DNA from: an uncultured Candidatus Saccharibacteria bacterium
GTDB taxonomy: Bacteria; Patescibacteriota; Saccharimonadia; Saccharimonadales; Saccharimonadaceae
Direction: 5' to 3'
DNA length: 34,619 bases
NCBI GenBank assembly: GCA_948571325.1
Contig: CAOZKB010000001.1
Location: 1-34,619, forward strand
Part shown: positions 1-9,881 of the stretch, piece after piece
How positions within the stretch are numbered: the stretch's first letter is position 1
How the letters are laid out: every line of letters begins with the position of its first letter
Made by a program: the position numbers and the translations under genes
The notes under the pieces: generated by a model
The model's input: the letters and a program-made list of their open reading frames with translations, nothing else
Told to the model about the DNA's origin: nothing
The model's database searches: none

Positions 1-158
1 GTTGTATTTTTAAAGTGCAAATTAGGCTTTTAAAAGCCTACAGCTAAGTGTTACCCATATATTCATCCGTATATTATAAATTATTTTCTAGATAATGTCT
101 AGGGGAGCATTGATAAATAAGATTTTAACATGCTATAATGATGGATGAAGGAGGAAAT

Positions 159-767
159 ATGGCACAAGAAATGCAGAGCAAGAAAAACCAAACAGATCAA
201 AAAGTAAACAAAGTCGCATTGGGGATTGCGGCGGCGGCAGGGGTGATTTTGCTCGCAGTAATAGTAATTGGCGTACTGGATGCAATACAAAGTAGTCCTG
301 AACAGTCTTTAGTGACTGAGGAGGAGATTAGCGCAAATTGCACTGCTGCGGTATGCATGGAAAAGATTGAAATAACGGATGGGGTGGACAAAATCACCGA
401 GGTGATTGGAGTGGAGCCAGAAGTTGATGAAGAAAACGGAAGTTATAAGTGGAAGATTAGTAGCAAGGAGAGCATTACCCGTGAGAAGAGCGGTGAGAGT
501 TATTCTTTAAGTGCGACGGTTGACAATACAACCATTAAAAGTGATACGGTGGATTTATCGGTGTTTAGCGATTTAAGGTCTGAGCTACAAAACGGTGAAA
601 CTGTTACTTATGATGACTTAGTGAAGAGATTGAACGGCGTAGAAGGTATAGCTGTAAATAAAGCGGAAACTTCTAACCTATACAAGTGGGTCGACAAAAA
701 TGGTCAAGCTCTAACTGCGACAATCAGGAACAAGGATGGGATTTGTACAATTATTGCCTTGAGGTAA
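159..767 (+). CDS. Membrane-anchored hypothetical protein (N-terminal TM helix, two small extracellular domains, possibly DUF3862/BLIP-like)
   Basis: ORF 138..767; GGAGG RBS favours ATG at 159; hydrophobic segment VALGIAAAAGVILLAVIVIGVL; TGCTATAAT at 131-139. Confidence 0.7.
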   Translation: MAQEMQSKKNQTDQKVNKVALGIAAAAGVILLAVIVIGVLDAIQSSPEQSLVTEEEISANCTAAVCMEKIEITDGVDKITEVIGVEPEVDEENGSYKWKISSKESITREKSGESYSLSATVDNTTIKSDTVDLSVFSDLRSELQNGETVTYDDLVKRLNGVEGIAVNKAETSNLYKWVDKNGQALTATIRNKDGICTIIALR

Positions 768-773
768 GCTGAT

Positions 774-1331
774 TTAGACAAGCGGGGGGAATGTTTGGCG
801 GAATTTGTGTTTGGTGTATTGATTGATTTCGTCGAGCGACATGTCGGTTTCGTTGCGAAAGTAATGTAGTAGAAGTGTAGCAACGCCAGCAACAAAGAAG
901 TTAACATCGAGCCAGGCTTGGCGGTCGAAGGGACGGCGTAATGCAGTGTAGAGATTTTGACTGAGCTTATGGCTGATTTGGCTAATTAAGCGTAGGGTAT
1001 CCGGAGAATTAAGCAGGAGGCGATAAGAGTCTTCGTGCTGTTTGAGAAAAACAGTGAGATGATCGAAGTAATGATCGACTTCGTATGGATGAAGCGGGCT
1101 GACGGGGTTGTCAAGAAAGGCTTGCATGATTTCTTGCTGGAAATCTTCGGCGACTTGGTTGAGATTGTCATAATAACGATAAAATGTGCCACGCGTAATG
1201 TTGGCTCGTGCGGTGAGATCTGTGACGTGGATGTTTTTGATGGATCGGCGTTCGGCGATTAGTTCGGCGAAGGCGTGTTTGATTTTTTGTTGAGATCGGC
1301 GCGAAGTGGTATTTTTGGCGGTGATTTTCAT
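774..1331 (-). CDS. TetR/AcrR family transcriptional regulator
   Basis: HTH pattern IKHAFAELI...IHVTDLTARANITRGTFYRYY; ATG at 1331 lies 6 nt after TGTTATAAT; divergent from an MMPL transporter. Confidence 0.9.
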   Translation of the reverse strand: MKITAKNTTSRRSQQKIKHAFAELIAERRSIKNIHVTDLTARANITRGTFYRYYDNLNQVAEDFQQEIMQAFLDNPVSPLHPYEVDHYFDHLTVFLKQHEDSYRLLLNSPDTLRLISQISHKLSQNLYTALRRPFDRQAWLDVNFFVAGVATLLLHYFRNETDMSLDEINQYTKHKFRQTFPPLV

Positions 1332-1380
1332 AAAATAATTATAACACAACTTGACGGAAAATAGACAAAAATAGCAAAAG

Positions 1381-1396
1381 TGTATAAATTTATACA
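1381..1396. promoter_or_regulatory. Putative TetR operator (perfect 16-bp palindrome TGTATAAATTTATACA)
   Basis: Perfect palindrome in the intergenic region between the divergent TetR and MMPL genes. Confidence 0.6.
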
Positions 1397-1527
1397 TGTG
1401 TATGAGTTTTTGTACTGTTTTGTGATGAAAAAATGAACTATAATATCTGATAGCCTACGGGCGCAACAGAGATACTGTGGGCAAAATAAGTTAGAAGATT
1501 AGATAAATTTGTAAAAAGGTAGGAAAT

Positions 1528-4500
1528 ATGTTGCAAAAAGTGACGGATTTGATTGTGAAGCGCCGAAATTGGATTTTGGTATTGTTTTTTGTGCTAACTG
1601 GCGTATGCGCGTTTTTGTCGACTAAGGTGAAATTGAATTATGATATGATGGAATATTTGCCGAGTGATTCAGAAACGCGCGTGGGGCTGGATTTAATGAC
1701 GAATGAATTTGGTGAGGAAGTAGAGAGCCAATTGCAAGTAACAGTAGCGGATTTAGCGACAGAAGATAAGTGGACGGTGCGTGATAAATTGGTGGAAGTG
1801 GAAAACGTGGCGGAGGTAGCCTATGATGAAACGGATGAATATAACCGCGAGAACTATACGCGATACGTGCTGACAGTGGAAGCGGAGGCGGATTCGGAGC
1901 AGGCGCGGGGAGTTTATAAAGCAGTACAGGATTTATTGAAAGAGGCACCGGAAATCGCGGAGCGAGAGACGGCGCTAGGCGGGGCGATTGATGAGCAGAA
2001 TCGAGACGTTTTACCGGTATGGATCTTGGCGCTGGCGGTGGGTTGTGCGTTGGTGATTCTAATAATTATGAGTGAATCGTATGTCGAACCTTTTCTCTTT
2101 ATGGTGACGATTTTATTAGCGGTGGTGTTGAATAAAGGTACGAATATTATCTTCCCTAGTGTGTCGCACGTGACGGATTCGATTACGGCGATTCTGCAAT
2201 TGGCATTATCAATGGATTATTCAATTATGCTGATGGAACGTTTCCGGCAGGAAAAGCAGCATGAGGCAGATAAAGTGAGGGCGATGCAGAAAGCTTTGCG
2301 CGGGGCGTTTACGGCGATTTCGAGTTCATCGGTCACGACAATTGTGGGGCTATTGGCGCTGGTATTTATGAGTTTTACGATTGGTCGCGATATGGGTTTG
2401 GTATTGGCGAAGGGTGTGCTGTTTAGTTTGGTAGCGATTTTTACGTGTTTGCCGGGATTGATTTTGTTATTCGACAAGGCAATTACTAAAACGCATAAGA
2501 AATGTCCAAATTTGAAATTAAATTTGCTAGGCAAGGCGGCGTATAAAGGGCGTTTCGTGGCGGCTGGGTTATTTGTGATTGTGTTCGTGGTAAGTTTTCT
2601 ATTGAAAGGTAATCTCGGCATTACTTATACGGAAACAAATCAAGATGCGCTGGATGAGGTTTTTTCGGAAGATAATTTGATGGTGATGATGTATCAGAAT
2701 GAGGATGAAGCGCGCGCGGCGGAGCATTGTCGGATGGTGGCTGAGTGGGCAGGCACGGATGAAGTACTATGCTATGGTAATACAATTGGCGAGCGGCTGA
2801 CGGCGGAGAATCTGCGGATAAGATTGGCGGACTTGGCGGCGGAAACGGAAATTAGTGATGAAGTGATGCGGGTGATTTATTACCACTATTATAATCATGG
2901 TGAGACGGGTAAAATGACGGCGACAGAATTAGTGGATTTTATTGAGAATAAGGTCTATGGTAGTGAGGAATTTAGTAAGGAAGTGGATGCGGAAATGCGA
3001 GTGGATATTACAAGGTTGAGTAATTTTGTGCGTCCGAATGAATTTCAGCGGGCACGGAGTGGGGTGGAGCTAGCAGATTTGTTGGAGATTGATGTCGGTA
3101 AGGTAGATGATTTGTTGGTTTATTATAATACGCGGAATTTACAAACGTGGTTGACGTTAGGCGAGTTCGTGGAGTTTGCGAACAATTATGTTCTGAAGAA
3201 TGAACATTATGCGGGTAATTTTAGTACGACACAGCGCGAAAAATTAGCGACGGTAGCGCGGTTTACGAATCGTAATGAATTATTGATGCGTAAAACAGCA
3301 GCGGAAAATGCACAGCTGATTGGCATTGATGTGGTGACAGTAGAGCAATTATATGAATATCGGAAGTTACTTGGAGTGCAAGAAAAAGTGGCGACTGGTG
3401 AAATGAGGATGACTTTGGCGGAGTTTGTGAGGATGGTGCAAATGTTGGCGCAAAGCCCGGAGTACGCGACGCAAATGTCGCCTGAAGTTCTGCGAGCGGT
3501 GCAAGGGTTGAGCGCGTTAGTGGATCCGCTAGATACGACAAGGTATGATTATCGTGAACTTTATGCGTATTTGCAACAAGTGGGAATGATGTTGGGGCAA
3601 GTATTGCCGGTGAGTGAAGAATTGTTGCAGAATGTTTATATTATATATGGCGTGCAGCAGGCGCCAGAGGTGTGGATGACGCCAGTAGAGTTGGTGGATT
3701 TTGTGTTGGCACACCAGAATGACGAGAGGTTGGCTGGGCAGATTTCAGATACGGTATTGGCGGAGTTGGTGACTCTACAGAATGTGATGGCGAGTGTGGT
3801 GAATGGGCGAAGTTATGCGCCGGCAGAGATGGCAGAATTTTTGGGTACGGATAATGAAAATATGAAGTTGTTATATTCCCTGTATGAAGTTAAATGGCAG
3901 GGCAAAGACATATGGATGTCGGTGCAAGAGTTTGTGCAATTTTTGACGGGGGATGTGATGCGGAATGTGAAATATCAAAATGAGATTTCGGCGGAGCAAC
4001 AACGTAAACTTACGACGATTGAGAGTTTGATGGATGGCGTGCTAAAAAATCGGGCGTACATGGCGACGGAAATGACGAAGATTTTGCAGATGCTGGCAGG
4101 TGAAGTAGAGCAGAATTTGATTGAATTATTGTACATGTATCATGGCAGTATTTATCATTACATAGACACGTGGACGTTGACAGTGGAGGAGTTGGTGAAT
4201 TATTTGCATGGAACAGTGCTTATGGATGCGAGATTTGATGATTTTATCGATACGGAGATGCGTGAGCAGGTAGCTAGGGCGAAGCAAAAAGTAGCGGACG
4301 CGAAAAAGTTATTAGTGGGTGAGAAGTTTTCACGCGTGGTGATAAATAGTAAAATGGCGGTGGAATCGGAGGAAACTTTTGATTTTATTGAACGCTTGAA
4401 GACGGAGTTTGACGATGGGCTGGGTGAACATTATTTGGTGGGTAATTCGGCGATGGCGTATGAGATGGCGCATAGCTTCCCTGTTGAGATGGATATGATT

Positions 4501-4974
4501 ACGGTGATTACGATGATCTTTATCTTCGTAGTGGTGTCGGTAACGTTCCGTTCGATGATTGCTCCGCTGATTTTGGTGCTACTGATTCAGTGTGCGGTAT
4601 ATCTGACGATGGGAATGATGTCGGTAGGTGGCGGTAGTTTATACTTCATTGCATTACTGATTGTGCAAAGTATTTTGATGGGGGCGACGATTGATTATGC
4701 GGTGCTTTATACTTCATATTATCTTGAGATGCGACAGAAAATGAATGTGAAAGAGTCGATTATTGAGGCGTATAATCGTTCGATTCAGGCGATTGCGACG
4801 AGTGGATTGATTCTGATTATCGTGACGTTGATTGTAGGAAGTTTTACGACGGCGGTAGTATCAAAAATTACGGTGGCAATTTCGCAGGGCACAACTTGTG
4901 CAGTGGTGTTGATTTTGTTACTTTTGCCGGCGATGCTGGGGGCGTGGGATAGGGTGATTGTGAAGAAAAAGTAG
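1528..4974 (+). CDS. MMPL/RND family transporter with a large repetitive helical insertion
   Basis: Two multi-TM blocks with LALSMDYSIML and MGATIDYAVL motifs; central repeats of the 'MTxxEFVxF' type. Confidence 0.9.
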   Translation: MLQKVTDLIVKRRNWILVLFFVLTGVCAFLSTKVKLNYDMMEYLPSDSETRVGLDLMTNEFGEEVESQLQVTVADLATEDKWTVRDKLVEVENVAEVAYDETDEYNRENYTRYVLTVEAEADSEQARGVYKAVQDLLKEAPEIAERETALGGAIDEQNRDVLPVWILALAVGCALVILIIMSESYVEPFLFMVTILLAVVLNKGTNIIFPSVSHVTDSITAILQLALSMDYSIMLMERFRQEKQHEADKVRAMQKALRGAFTAISSSSVTTIVGLLALVFMSFTIGRDMGLVLAKGVLFSLVAIFTCLPGLILLFDKAITKTHKKCPNLKLNLLGKAAYKGRFVAAGLFVIVFVVSFLLKGNLGITYTETNQDALDEVFSEDNLMVMMYQNEDEARAAEHCRMVAEWAGTDEVLCYGNTIGERLTAENLRIRLADLAAETEISDEVMRVIYYHYYNHGETGKMTATELVDFIENKVYGSEEFSKEVDAEMRVDITRLSNFVRPNEFQRARSGVELADLLEIDVGKVDDLLVYYNTRNLQTWLTLGEFVEFANNYVLKNEHYAGNFSTTQREKLATVARFTNRNELLMRKTAAENAQLIGIDVVTVEQLYEYRKLLGVQEKVATGEMRMTLAEFVRMVQMLAQSPEYATQMSPEVLRAVQGLSALVDPLDTTRYDYRELYAYLQQVGMMLGQVLPVSEELLQNVYIIYGVQQAPEVWMTPVELVDFVLAHQNDERLAGQISDTVLAELVTLQNVMASVVNGRSYAPAEMAEFLGTDNENMKLLYSLYEVKWQGKDIWMSVQEFVQFLTGDVMRNVKYQNEISAEQQRKLTTIESLMDGVLKNRAYMATEMTKILQMLAGEVEQNLIELLYMYHGSIYHYIDTWTLTVEELVNYLHGTVLMDARFDDFIDTEMREQVARAKQKVADAKKLLVGEKFSRVVINSKMAVESEETFDFIERLKTEFDDGLGEHYLVGNSAMAYEMAHSFPVEMDMITVITMIFIFVVVSVTFRSMIAPLILVLLIQCAVYLTMGMMSVGGGSLYFIALLIVQSILMGATIDYAVLYTSYYLEMRQKMNVKESIIEAYNRSIQAIATSGLILIIVTLIVGSFTTAVVSKITVAISQGTTCAVVLILLLLPAMLGAWDRVIVKKK

Positions 4975-4986
4975 TATAATAATGGT

Positions 4987-7053
4987 ATGGAGAGCCTAGA
5001 TTTGAACTCGCGGGGGTATTATTTGTGGAATGATTCCCTGGGGTTCGCAATGGGCGAAAACGAAGCAGAGACGACGGTGCCGGTAGCGTCGCTGACGAAA
5101 ATGATGACGGCATTGGTGGCGCTGGAAGAACTTGATAGGCGAGAAGATTTGGATTTGACGACGATGGTAAAAGTGCCGGCGGAGGCTTTGCGGGGGTTGG
5201 CGGAGTTTGCGGTGGTGGGATTAAGTGCCGGACAGGAAGTGTCGATTGAGGATTTGCTTTATGCGACGATGTTGCCGTCGGCAGGTGATGCGGCGCAGGC
5301 TTTAACGCTAAGCGTAAGTGAGAATTTGACGAATTTTGTGGATTTGATGAATGCGCGAGCGACGGAAATTGGTATGACAAATACGCATTTTAGTAATACT
5401 TATGGTCGGGATGAAGAAAACTATTCGACGCCGGCAGATATGGTGAAATTGATAAAAGTGGCCTTGGCGAATCCAGAGTTTGTAAAAGTGTGGGAAAGTT
5501 TTGAAAAGGAAACGCCGACGCTGGGTAAGATTATGAAGAAGACTTTTTTAGCGAATGATGTGGGTGGCTGGCGGATTTTGGGTGGCAAAACTGGTTTTAC
5601 CAATGCGGCGGGGCGGTGTTTGGCGAGTACGGCGGAGGTGGAGGGGGCGAAGTATATTCTGGTGACGGTGGGGGCGGAAAATGGCCAGCATGTGGCGGAC
5701 GCGGAGAAAGTTTATCAGAAAATCATGGAGGATTACGAGCCGGTGAAGATTGTGTCGGCGGGTGATAAGCTGGTGGGAATTGGTGTAAAAGGTGGCGCAA
5801 CAAGAGTGCTAGACATAGTGGCGGAGAGTGATCGAGAAGTGGTATTAGCGAATGATGTGCGGCAGGAAGATCTGGAATACCAATATGATGGCGTAGCTGA
5901 AGTGACGCGAGAAACCGAGGCGGGGAGTAAATTGGGGGAGTATAAAATCTTGTGGGATGGGCATGAAGTTTTTGCACAGGAAATTTATTATAATGAGCCG
6001 GTGGAGTTTTATAATTACGCTTTGGTGGGGTTGGGAGCGGGTGTAAGTTTAGTGTTGCTATTGAGTGCGACTGGCTTAGTGGTGTGGCGGAAGCGCCGAG
6101 AGCAAGGTCGTAATAGTGAGAAAAATGAGAAGCGCAAAGGGCGGGATGCGCGTGGTTGGCAGAAATGGTTGCCATTGGGGTTGATGATTTTGTTCGTATT
6201 GAGTGTAATGGTGAATTATTTGGTGTTTCAGAGTTGGTTTGCGCCGGCGGGTGAGACGGAGATTTATCAGACAGAGTTGAAAGTGGCCGAGAAAGAGCCC
6301 GAGGCGCAGGAATCAGAGAGTGCGGAAGAAGGTGGCGAGAATGAGGAAGATGAGGGTGGAGCAGGGGTGCAGAAAAATGCACAGCAAACGACGCCAGTGT
6401 TGGGCAATTGTACGATGAATTATGGTAATTTAATGCTAATAAATCCGAATTTTAGAGTAGGAACAGATTTTATTGCGGCGCGGAAGCGACAGTTGATTTC
6501 GATATCGAAGACTTATGGAATTCCGGAGTATAAGGCTGGTAATGGTGATAATTTAATGATGCCAGAAGCAGCGGAGCGTTTGAACGAGATGGTGAAGGCG
6601 TATCGAGCAGCGAATCCGGGGCACGAAATGGGGACACGGTCGTGTTTTCGGGAGCGCGGGACGACTTGTGGTCGGCTGTGTGCGGCGACGGGAACTTCGG
6701 ATCATCATACGGGGTTAACTTGCGATCTGATTGATAACGCTTACGGTACGTCGCTGGATACAGATGAGTTTAGTAAGCATAAAGAATGGCAATGGTTGAA
6801 GGAGAATTCGTATAAGTATGGATTTATTGATCGTTTTCCGGAGGCTTGGGCGGGGAGCGCGATGACGGAGCCGATTAATGTGGACGCGAATGGTTCGACG
6901 GGGTTGTTTGAGGCTTGGCATTATCGTTATGTAGGAGTAGAGGCAGCGACGGAAATTGCGACGGGTAAATATAATAATGGCAAGTATGATTCGCTGGAAC
7001 ATTACCTGAAGATGACTGGAAAAGTAAAAGATTTGAAAAATGGAGAATGCTAA
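4987..7053 (+). CDS. Fusion of serine D-Ala-D-Ala carboxypeptidase (S11, DacA-like) and Zn D,D-carboxypeptidase (M15B, VanY-like)
   Basis: ASLTKMMT (SxxK), SAG at the SxN position, GKTGFT; two TM helices; C-terminal SDHHTGLTCD and EAWHYRY. Confidence 0.88.
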   Translation: MESLDLNSRGYYLWNDSLGFAMGENEAETTVPVASLTKMMTALVALEELDRREDLDLTTMVKVPAEALRGLAEFAVVGLSAGQEVSIEDLLYATMLPSAGDAAQALTLSVSENLTNFVDLMNARATEIGMTNTHFSNTYGRDEENYSTPADMVKLIKVALANPEFVKVWESFEKETPTLGKIMKKTFLANDVGGWRILGGKTGFTNAAGRCLASTAEVEGAKYILVTVGAENGQHVADAEKVYQKIMEDYEPVKIVSAGDKLVGIGVKGGATRVLDIVAESDREVVLANDVRQEDLEYQYDGVAEVTRETEAGSKLGEYKILWDGHEVFAQEIYYNEPVEFYNYALVGLGAGVSLVLLLSATGLVVWRKRREQGRNSEKNEKRKGRDARGWQKWLPLGLMILFVLSVMVNYLVFQSWFAPAGETEIYQTELKVAEKEPEAQESESAEEGGENEEDEGGAGVQKNAQQTTPVLGNCTMNYGNLMLINPNFRVGTDFIAARKRQLISISKTYGIPEYKAGNGDNLMMPEAAERLNEMVKAYRAANPGHEMGTRSCFRERGTTCGRLCAATGTSDHHTGLTCDLIDNAYGTSLDTDEFSKHKEWQWLKENSYKYGFIDRFPEAWAGSAMTEPINVDANGSTGLFEAWHYRYVGVEAATEIATGKYNNGKYDSLEHYLKMTGKVKDLKNGEC

Positions 7054-7106
7054 AAGTTTGGGGTGGGTTTTTGGGCTTGATTTTTGAGGTAAATTGCGAA
7101 AAAGTA

Positions 7107-7135
7107 TTGACTTTTTGAATGAAGTGTGCTATAAT
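7107..7135 (+). promoter_or_regulatory. Sigma70-type promoter
   Basis: TTGACT-17 nt-TATAAT with extended TG. Confidence 0.7.
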
Positions 7136-7287
7136 GGAAGTATGGGGTTAGATTTTGTTGCCCTATGGATGGAATTCAGTAGATTTTTGGCTCGGAAGTT
7201 GGGGTTTTGGGGAGACTAAAAAACTGGACTTTTGGATTGAAAGTCGGAAATGTAACAAAATGGTTGCTTAAAAAAGGAGGAAGATGG

Positions 7288-7947
7288 ATGGAACAAGAAA
7301 TAACAATAGTATTATCGAAATATACGCATCTCTTGGAAGAGCTAAATGCAATGTTTAAGGATCTTGAACATGTAATCAAAGAGAATACAAGTCTGAGAGA
7401 GCAGGTTCAAGTACTTGAGGAACAGGTTGTGCAACTTGGTGGAGTAGTGGCTAAGGAAGCCGAATCGGTGGTCGCGCAGGCAAAGATTGATGAGATGGCT
7501 TTGGCGGATGTGTCAGGAATGACTGTCAATGTTTTTAATGCTTTACACTATGGAGCAGGGATTAAAACGCTAGGTGAACTTGCGTCGCGTAAGGCTTCTG
7601 AGATATTGAGGATTAATCGCATTGGCAAGGCATCGTTAAATGAAATTGCGGAATTTTTGTATAGTAGAGGGTTGGATTTTGTCAAAGAAGATAGTGTGCT
7701 GGAGCAGAAACGAATTGATAAGATTTTGCTGCCGAGTAAAATGAAGTCGGTGAAGGTAGAAGATTTGGGATTGTCGAAAAAGGCTTTTGAGTGGATGTGT
7801 AAGCTCAAACTTGAAACTGTCTATAATATATGGCAGTATGATGGAGCGACCTGCTATTTGAACTTAAAAATTCAGGATGAGGAGGCTTTTGAGAACATTG
7901 TTAGTTGTTTGGAGAAACATGGCTTTTCTTATCCTTTTTCTTCCTGA
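7288..7947 (+). CDS. Coiled-coil protein with tandem RNA polymerase alpha-CTD-like domains
   Basis: VNVFNALHYGAGIKTLGELASRKASEILRINRIGKASLNEI matches the alpha-CTD pattern; second degenerate copy VEDLGLSKKAFEWM; GGAGG RBS before ATG 7288. Confidence 0.75.
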   Translation: MEQEITIVLSKYTHLLEELNAMFKDLEHVIKENTSLREQVQVLEEQVVQLGGVVAKEAESVVAQAKIDEMALADVSGMTVNVFNALHYGAGIKTLGELASRKASEILRINRIGKASLNEIAEFLYSRGLDFVKEDSVLEQKRIDKILLPSKMKSVKVEDLGLSKKAFEWMCKLKLETVYNIWQYDGATCYLNLKIQDEEAFENIVSCLEKHGFSYPFSS

Positions 7948-7980
7948 AAAGCCCCCCGGCGGAAGGTCGGGGGCTTTTTG
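7948..7980 (+). terminator. Intrinsic terminator (likely bidirectional)
   Basis: AAAGCCCCC...GGGGGCTTTTT stem between convergent genes. Confidence 0.8.
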
Positions 7981-8022
7981 TAGTAAATCTTAATATAGGG
8001 GGGCTATTTTAGAAGGATGTTT

Positions 8023-9471
8023 TTATTTCTTTAAGTTTTTGGTGGTTCTATTACGTGGTTCTTGGTCTTCGCGGAAGCTGAAGAAAATTGGCGTGCCGAC
8101 GAAGGGGAATTTTTCACGGATTTTGCGCTCGAGGAAGCGCTTGTAGGACCAGTGTAATAGGCCTAAGTCGCGACCATGCACGACGAACCAAGGTGGACAG
8201 ATGTCGGTTTGGACCATATATTTGAGTTTGGGCCGAGTGTTTTTGAGGCCGGCAGGTGGATGGTCGATGACGGCTTCGGAGAGGATTTTGTTGAGTTCGG
8301 AAGTTTTGATTTCTTGATGACGAGTGGTGTCAATCTCGGTAGCGAGTTCAAAAAGTTTGGTGACGTTTTGACCGGTTTCGCTACTGGTAATAAGTACGGG
8401 AGCGTAAGGGAGAAAGTTGAAGTCGTATTCGAGTTTGTCGAGGATTTCGTCAGTATTATCGATTAAATCGGCTTTGGCAAGGACGATGATAATTCCCTTG
8501 CCGGCTTCGATGATTTGACCGGCGAGCGACTGATCAAGTTTAGAATGTGATTCGGTGGCATCGACGAGCAATGCACAAATATCAGCTTCTTCAATGGCAG
8601 CAAGAGTGCGCAAAGCGGAGAATTTTTCGATGCCGACTTCGCGTTTGCCAGGCTTGCGTAGGCCGGCGGTGTCGAGAATTTCGAGGGTGCGACCGTAATA
8701 TTTGATTTCGACGCGATTAACGTCTCGCGTGGTACCTTGACGAGAACTGACGAGGGCTTGTTGTTTTTGGCCAAGGGAGTTAAAAAGGCTACTTTTGCCA
8801 ACGTTAGGGCGGCCAATCAAAGCGATTTTAAGCGCAGTGCGCGATTTTTGTGACCAGTCATTATTTTTTTCGGGAGACACGTCCTCACGGCCTGTCGTTA
8901 CGGGCGTGAGGCGCTCATTCTCAGTCGTAGCTTCCGAAAGCTCCCGAGAAAAATCATGCCTGCTTTCAAAATCGCGTGCTGTACTTAAAATGTGGTTGAT
9001 AGCGGATTTGAGCTCTTTGGTGCCCTGTCCGGTGGTGGCGGAGATGCGGAAAGTTTGCGCGGGCTTGATGCCGAGGCGGAGAAATTCTTCATTTGGGAGA
9101 GAATCGCCGAGGTCGGACTTGTTTAGTAGGAGTAGTACGGGTTTTTTGGACTTGAGGGCAGATTTGGCGATTTGTTTGTCTTTGTCATCGGGATATTTAG
9201 TGCTGTCGAGGGTAAGAAGAATGAGTTCGGCACTGTCAATAGCGTCAGTAATTTGGTCTTGAATACCGGCTTCAAAATCGTCATCAGGGTCTTTGAGACC
9301 AGCAGTATCGATGAGGAGGAAACGATTATCAATGCGAGCTAAAACATTGTCTCGGGTAGTCCCCTCTTCGCGAGCGACGATAGCGATGTTTTTATGCGCA
9401 AAACGATTAAGCAGGCTAGATTTGCCAGCGTTAGTTTGACCAACGAGGGCGACGATAGGAAGTTTTTTCAT
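8023..9471 (-). CDS. der: Ribosome biogenesis GTPase Der (EngA)
   Basis: Two G domains (GQTNAGKS/DTAG and GRPNVGKS/DTAG) plus KH-like C-terminus; ATG at 9471 lies 6 nt after TGTTATAAT. Confidence 0.95.
   Translation of the reverse strand: MKKLPIVALVGQTNAGKSSLLNRFAHKNIAIVAREEGTTRDNVLARIDNRFLLIDTAGLKDPDDDFEAGIQDQITDAIDSAELILLTLDSTKYPDDKDKQIAKSALKSKKPVLLLLNKSDLGDSLPNEEFLRLGIKPAQTFRISATTGQGTKELKSAINHILSTARDFESRHDFSRELSEATTENERLTPVTTGREDVSPEKNNDWSQKSRTALKIALIGRPNVGKSSLFNSLGQKQQALVSSRQGTTRDVNRVEIKYYGRTLEILDTAGLRKPGKREVGIEKFSALRTLAAIEEADICALLVDATESHSKLDQSLAGQIIEAGKGIIIVLAKADLIDNTDEILDKLEYDFNFLPYAPVLITSSETGQNVTKLFELATEIDTTRHQEIKTSELNKILSEAVIDHPPAGLKNTRPKLKYMVQTDICPPWFVVHGRDLGLLHWSYKRFLERKIREKFPFVGTPIFFSFREDQEPRNRTTKNLKK
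8825..8991. repeat. Palindromic MITE/RPE-like element inserted in-frame in the der interdomain linker
   Basis: 24-bp terminal inverted repeats (20/24 match) with nested internal stems. Confidence 0.65.
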
Positions 9472-9550
9472 ATTCTTATTATAACATACTTTTTGGGAAA
9501 AAATCAAACCTTTATTTTTGTTTTTTGCTTATGTTATGATGGAGGGTAAT

Positions 9551-9774
9551 ATGAAACGGTATTTTACTACTTCTAATATTGGTTTCCGCTCGCGTATTTT
9601 TTTTGGGGGGGGGGGTATATTGTTTATTAGCTTATGCTAGTTTAGTTGGCTTAGCTCTGTTAATGGTACTGTTTTTTGTTACTAACGGTAATAGCGCCTT
9701 CTTCTGCATTAGAAAATAGTACAGATGGCGCTAGTGCAGAAGTAAATGTGGATGTTATACTTGGGGTTACGTAG
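9551..9774 (+). pseudogene. Frameshifted N-terminal fragment of a secreted/surface protein with a T8-G11 tract
   Basis: GGAGG then ATG 9551; MKRYFTTSNIGFRSRIFFGGGG stops at 9640; hydrophobic and signal-cleavage-like segments continue in other frames. Confidence 0.55.
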
Positions 9775-9881
9775 TCGTTGCAAAAGGCACAAATGCTAAG
9801 GAGGCGCAGGCTATTCCAGTGCGCTGTTTGGTAAAATAGTGCAACAGTGGTAAGATATAGATAAGTAATTGAAGGATAAAT

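Noticed and set aside
23-40. Perfect 18-bp palindrome TAGGCTTTTAAAAGCCTA
   Set aside because: Single copy at the window edge with no context; could be an operator but cannot be supported.
6361-7053. vanY vancomycin-resistance gene
   Set aside because: M15B domain only, with no van cluster genes nearby; a housekeeping wall enzyme is more likely.
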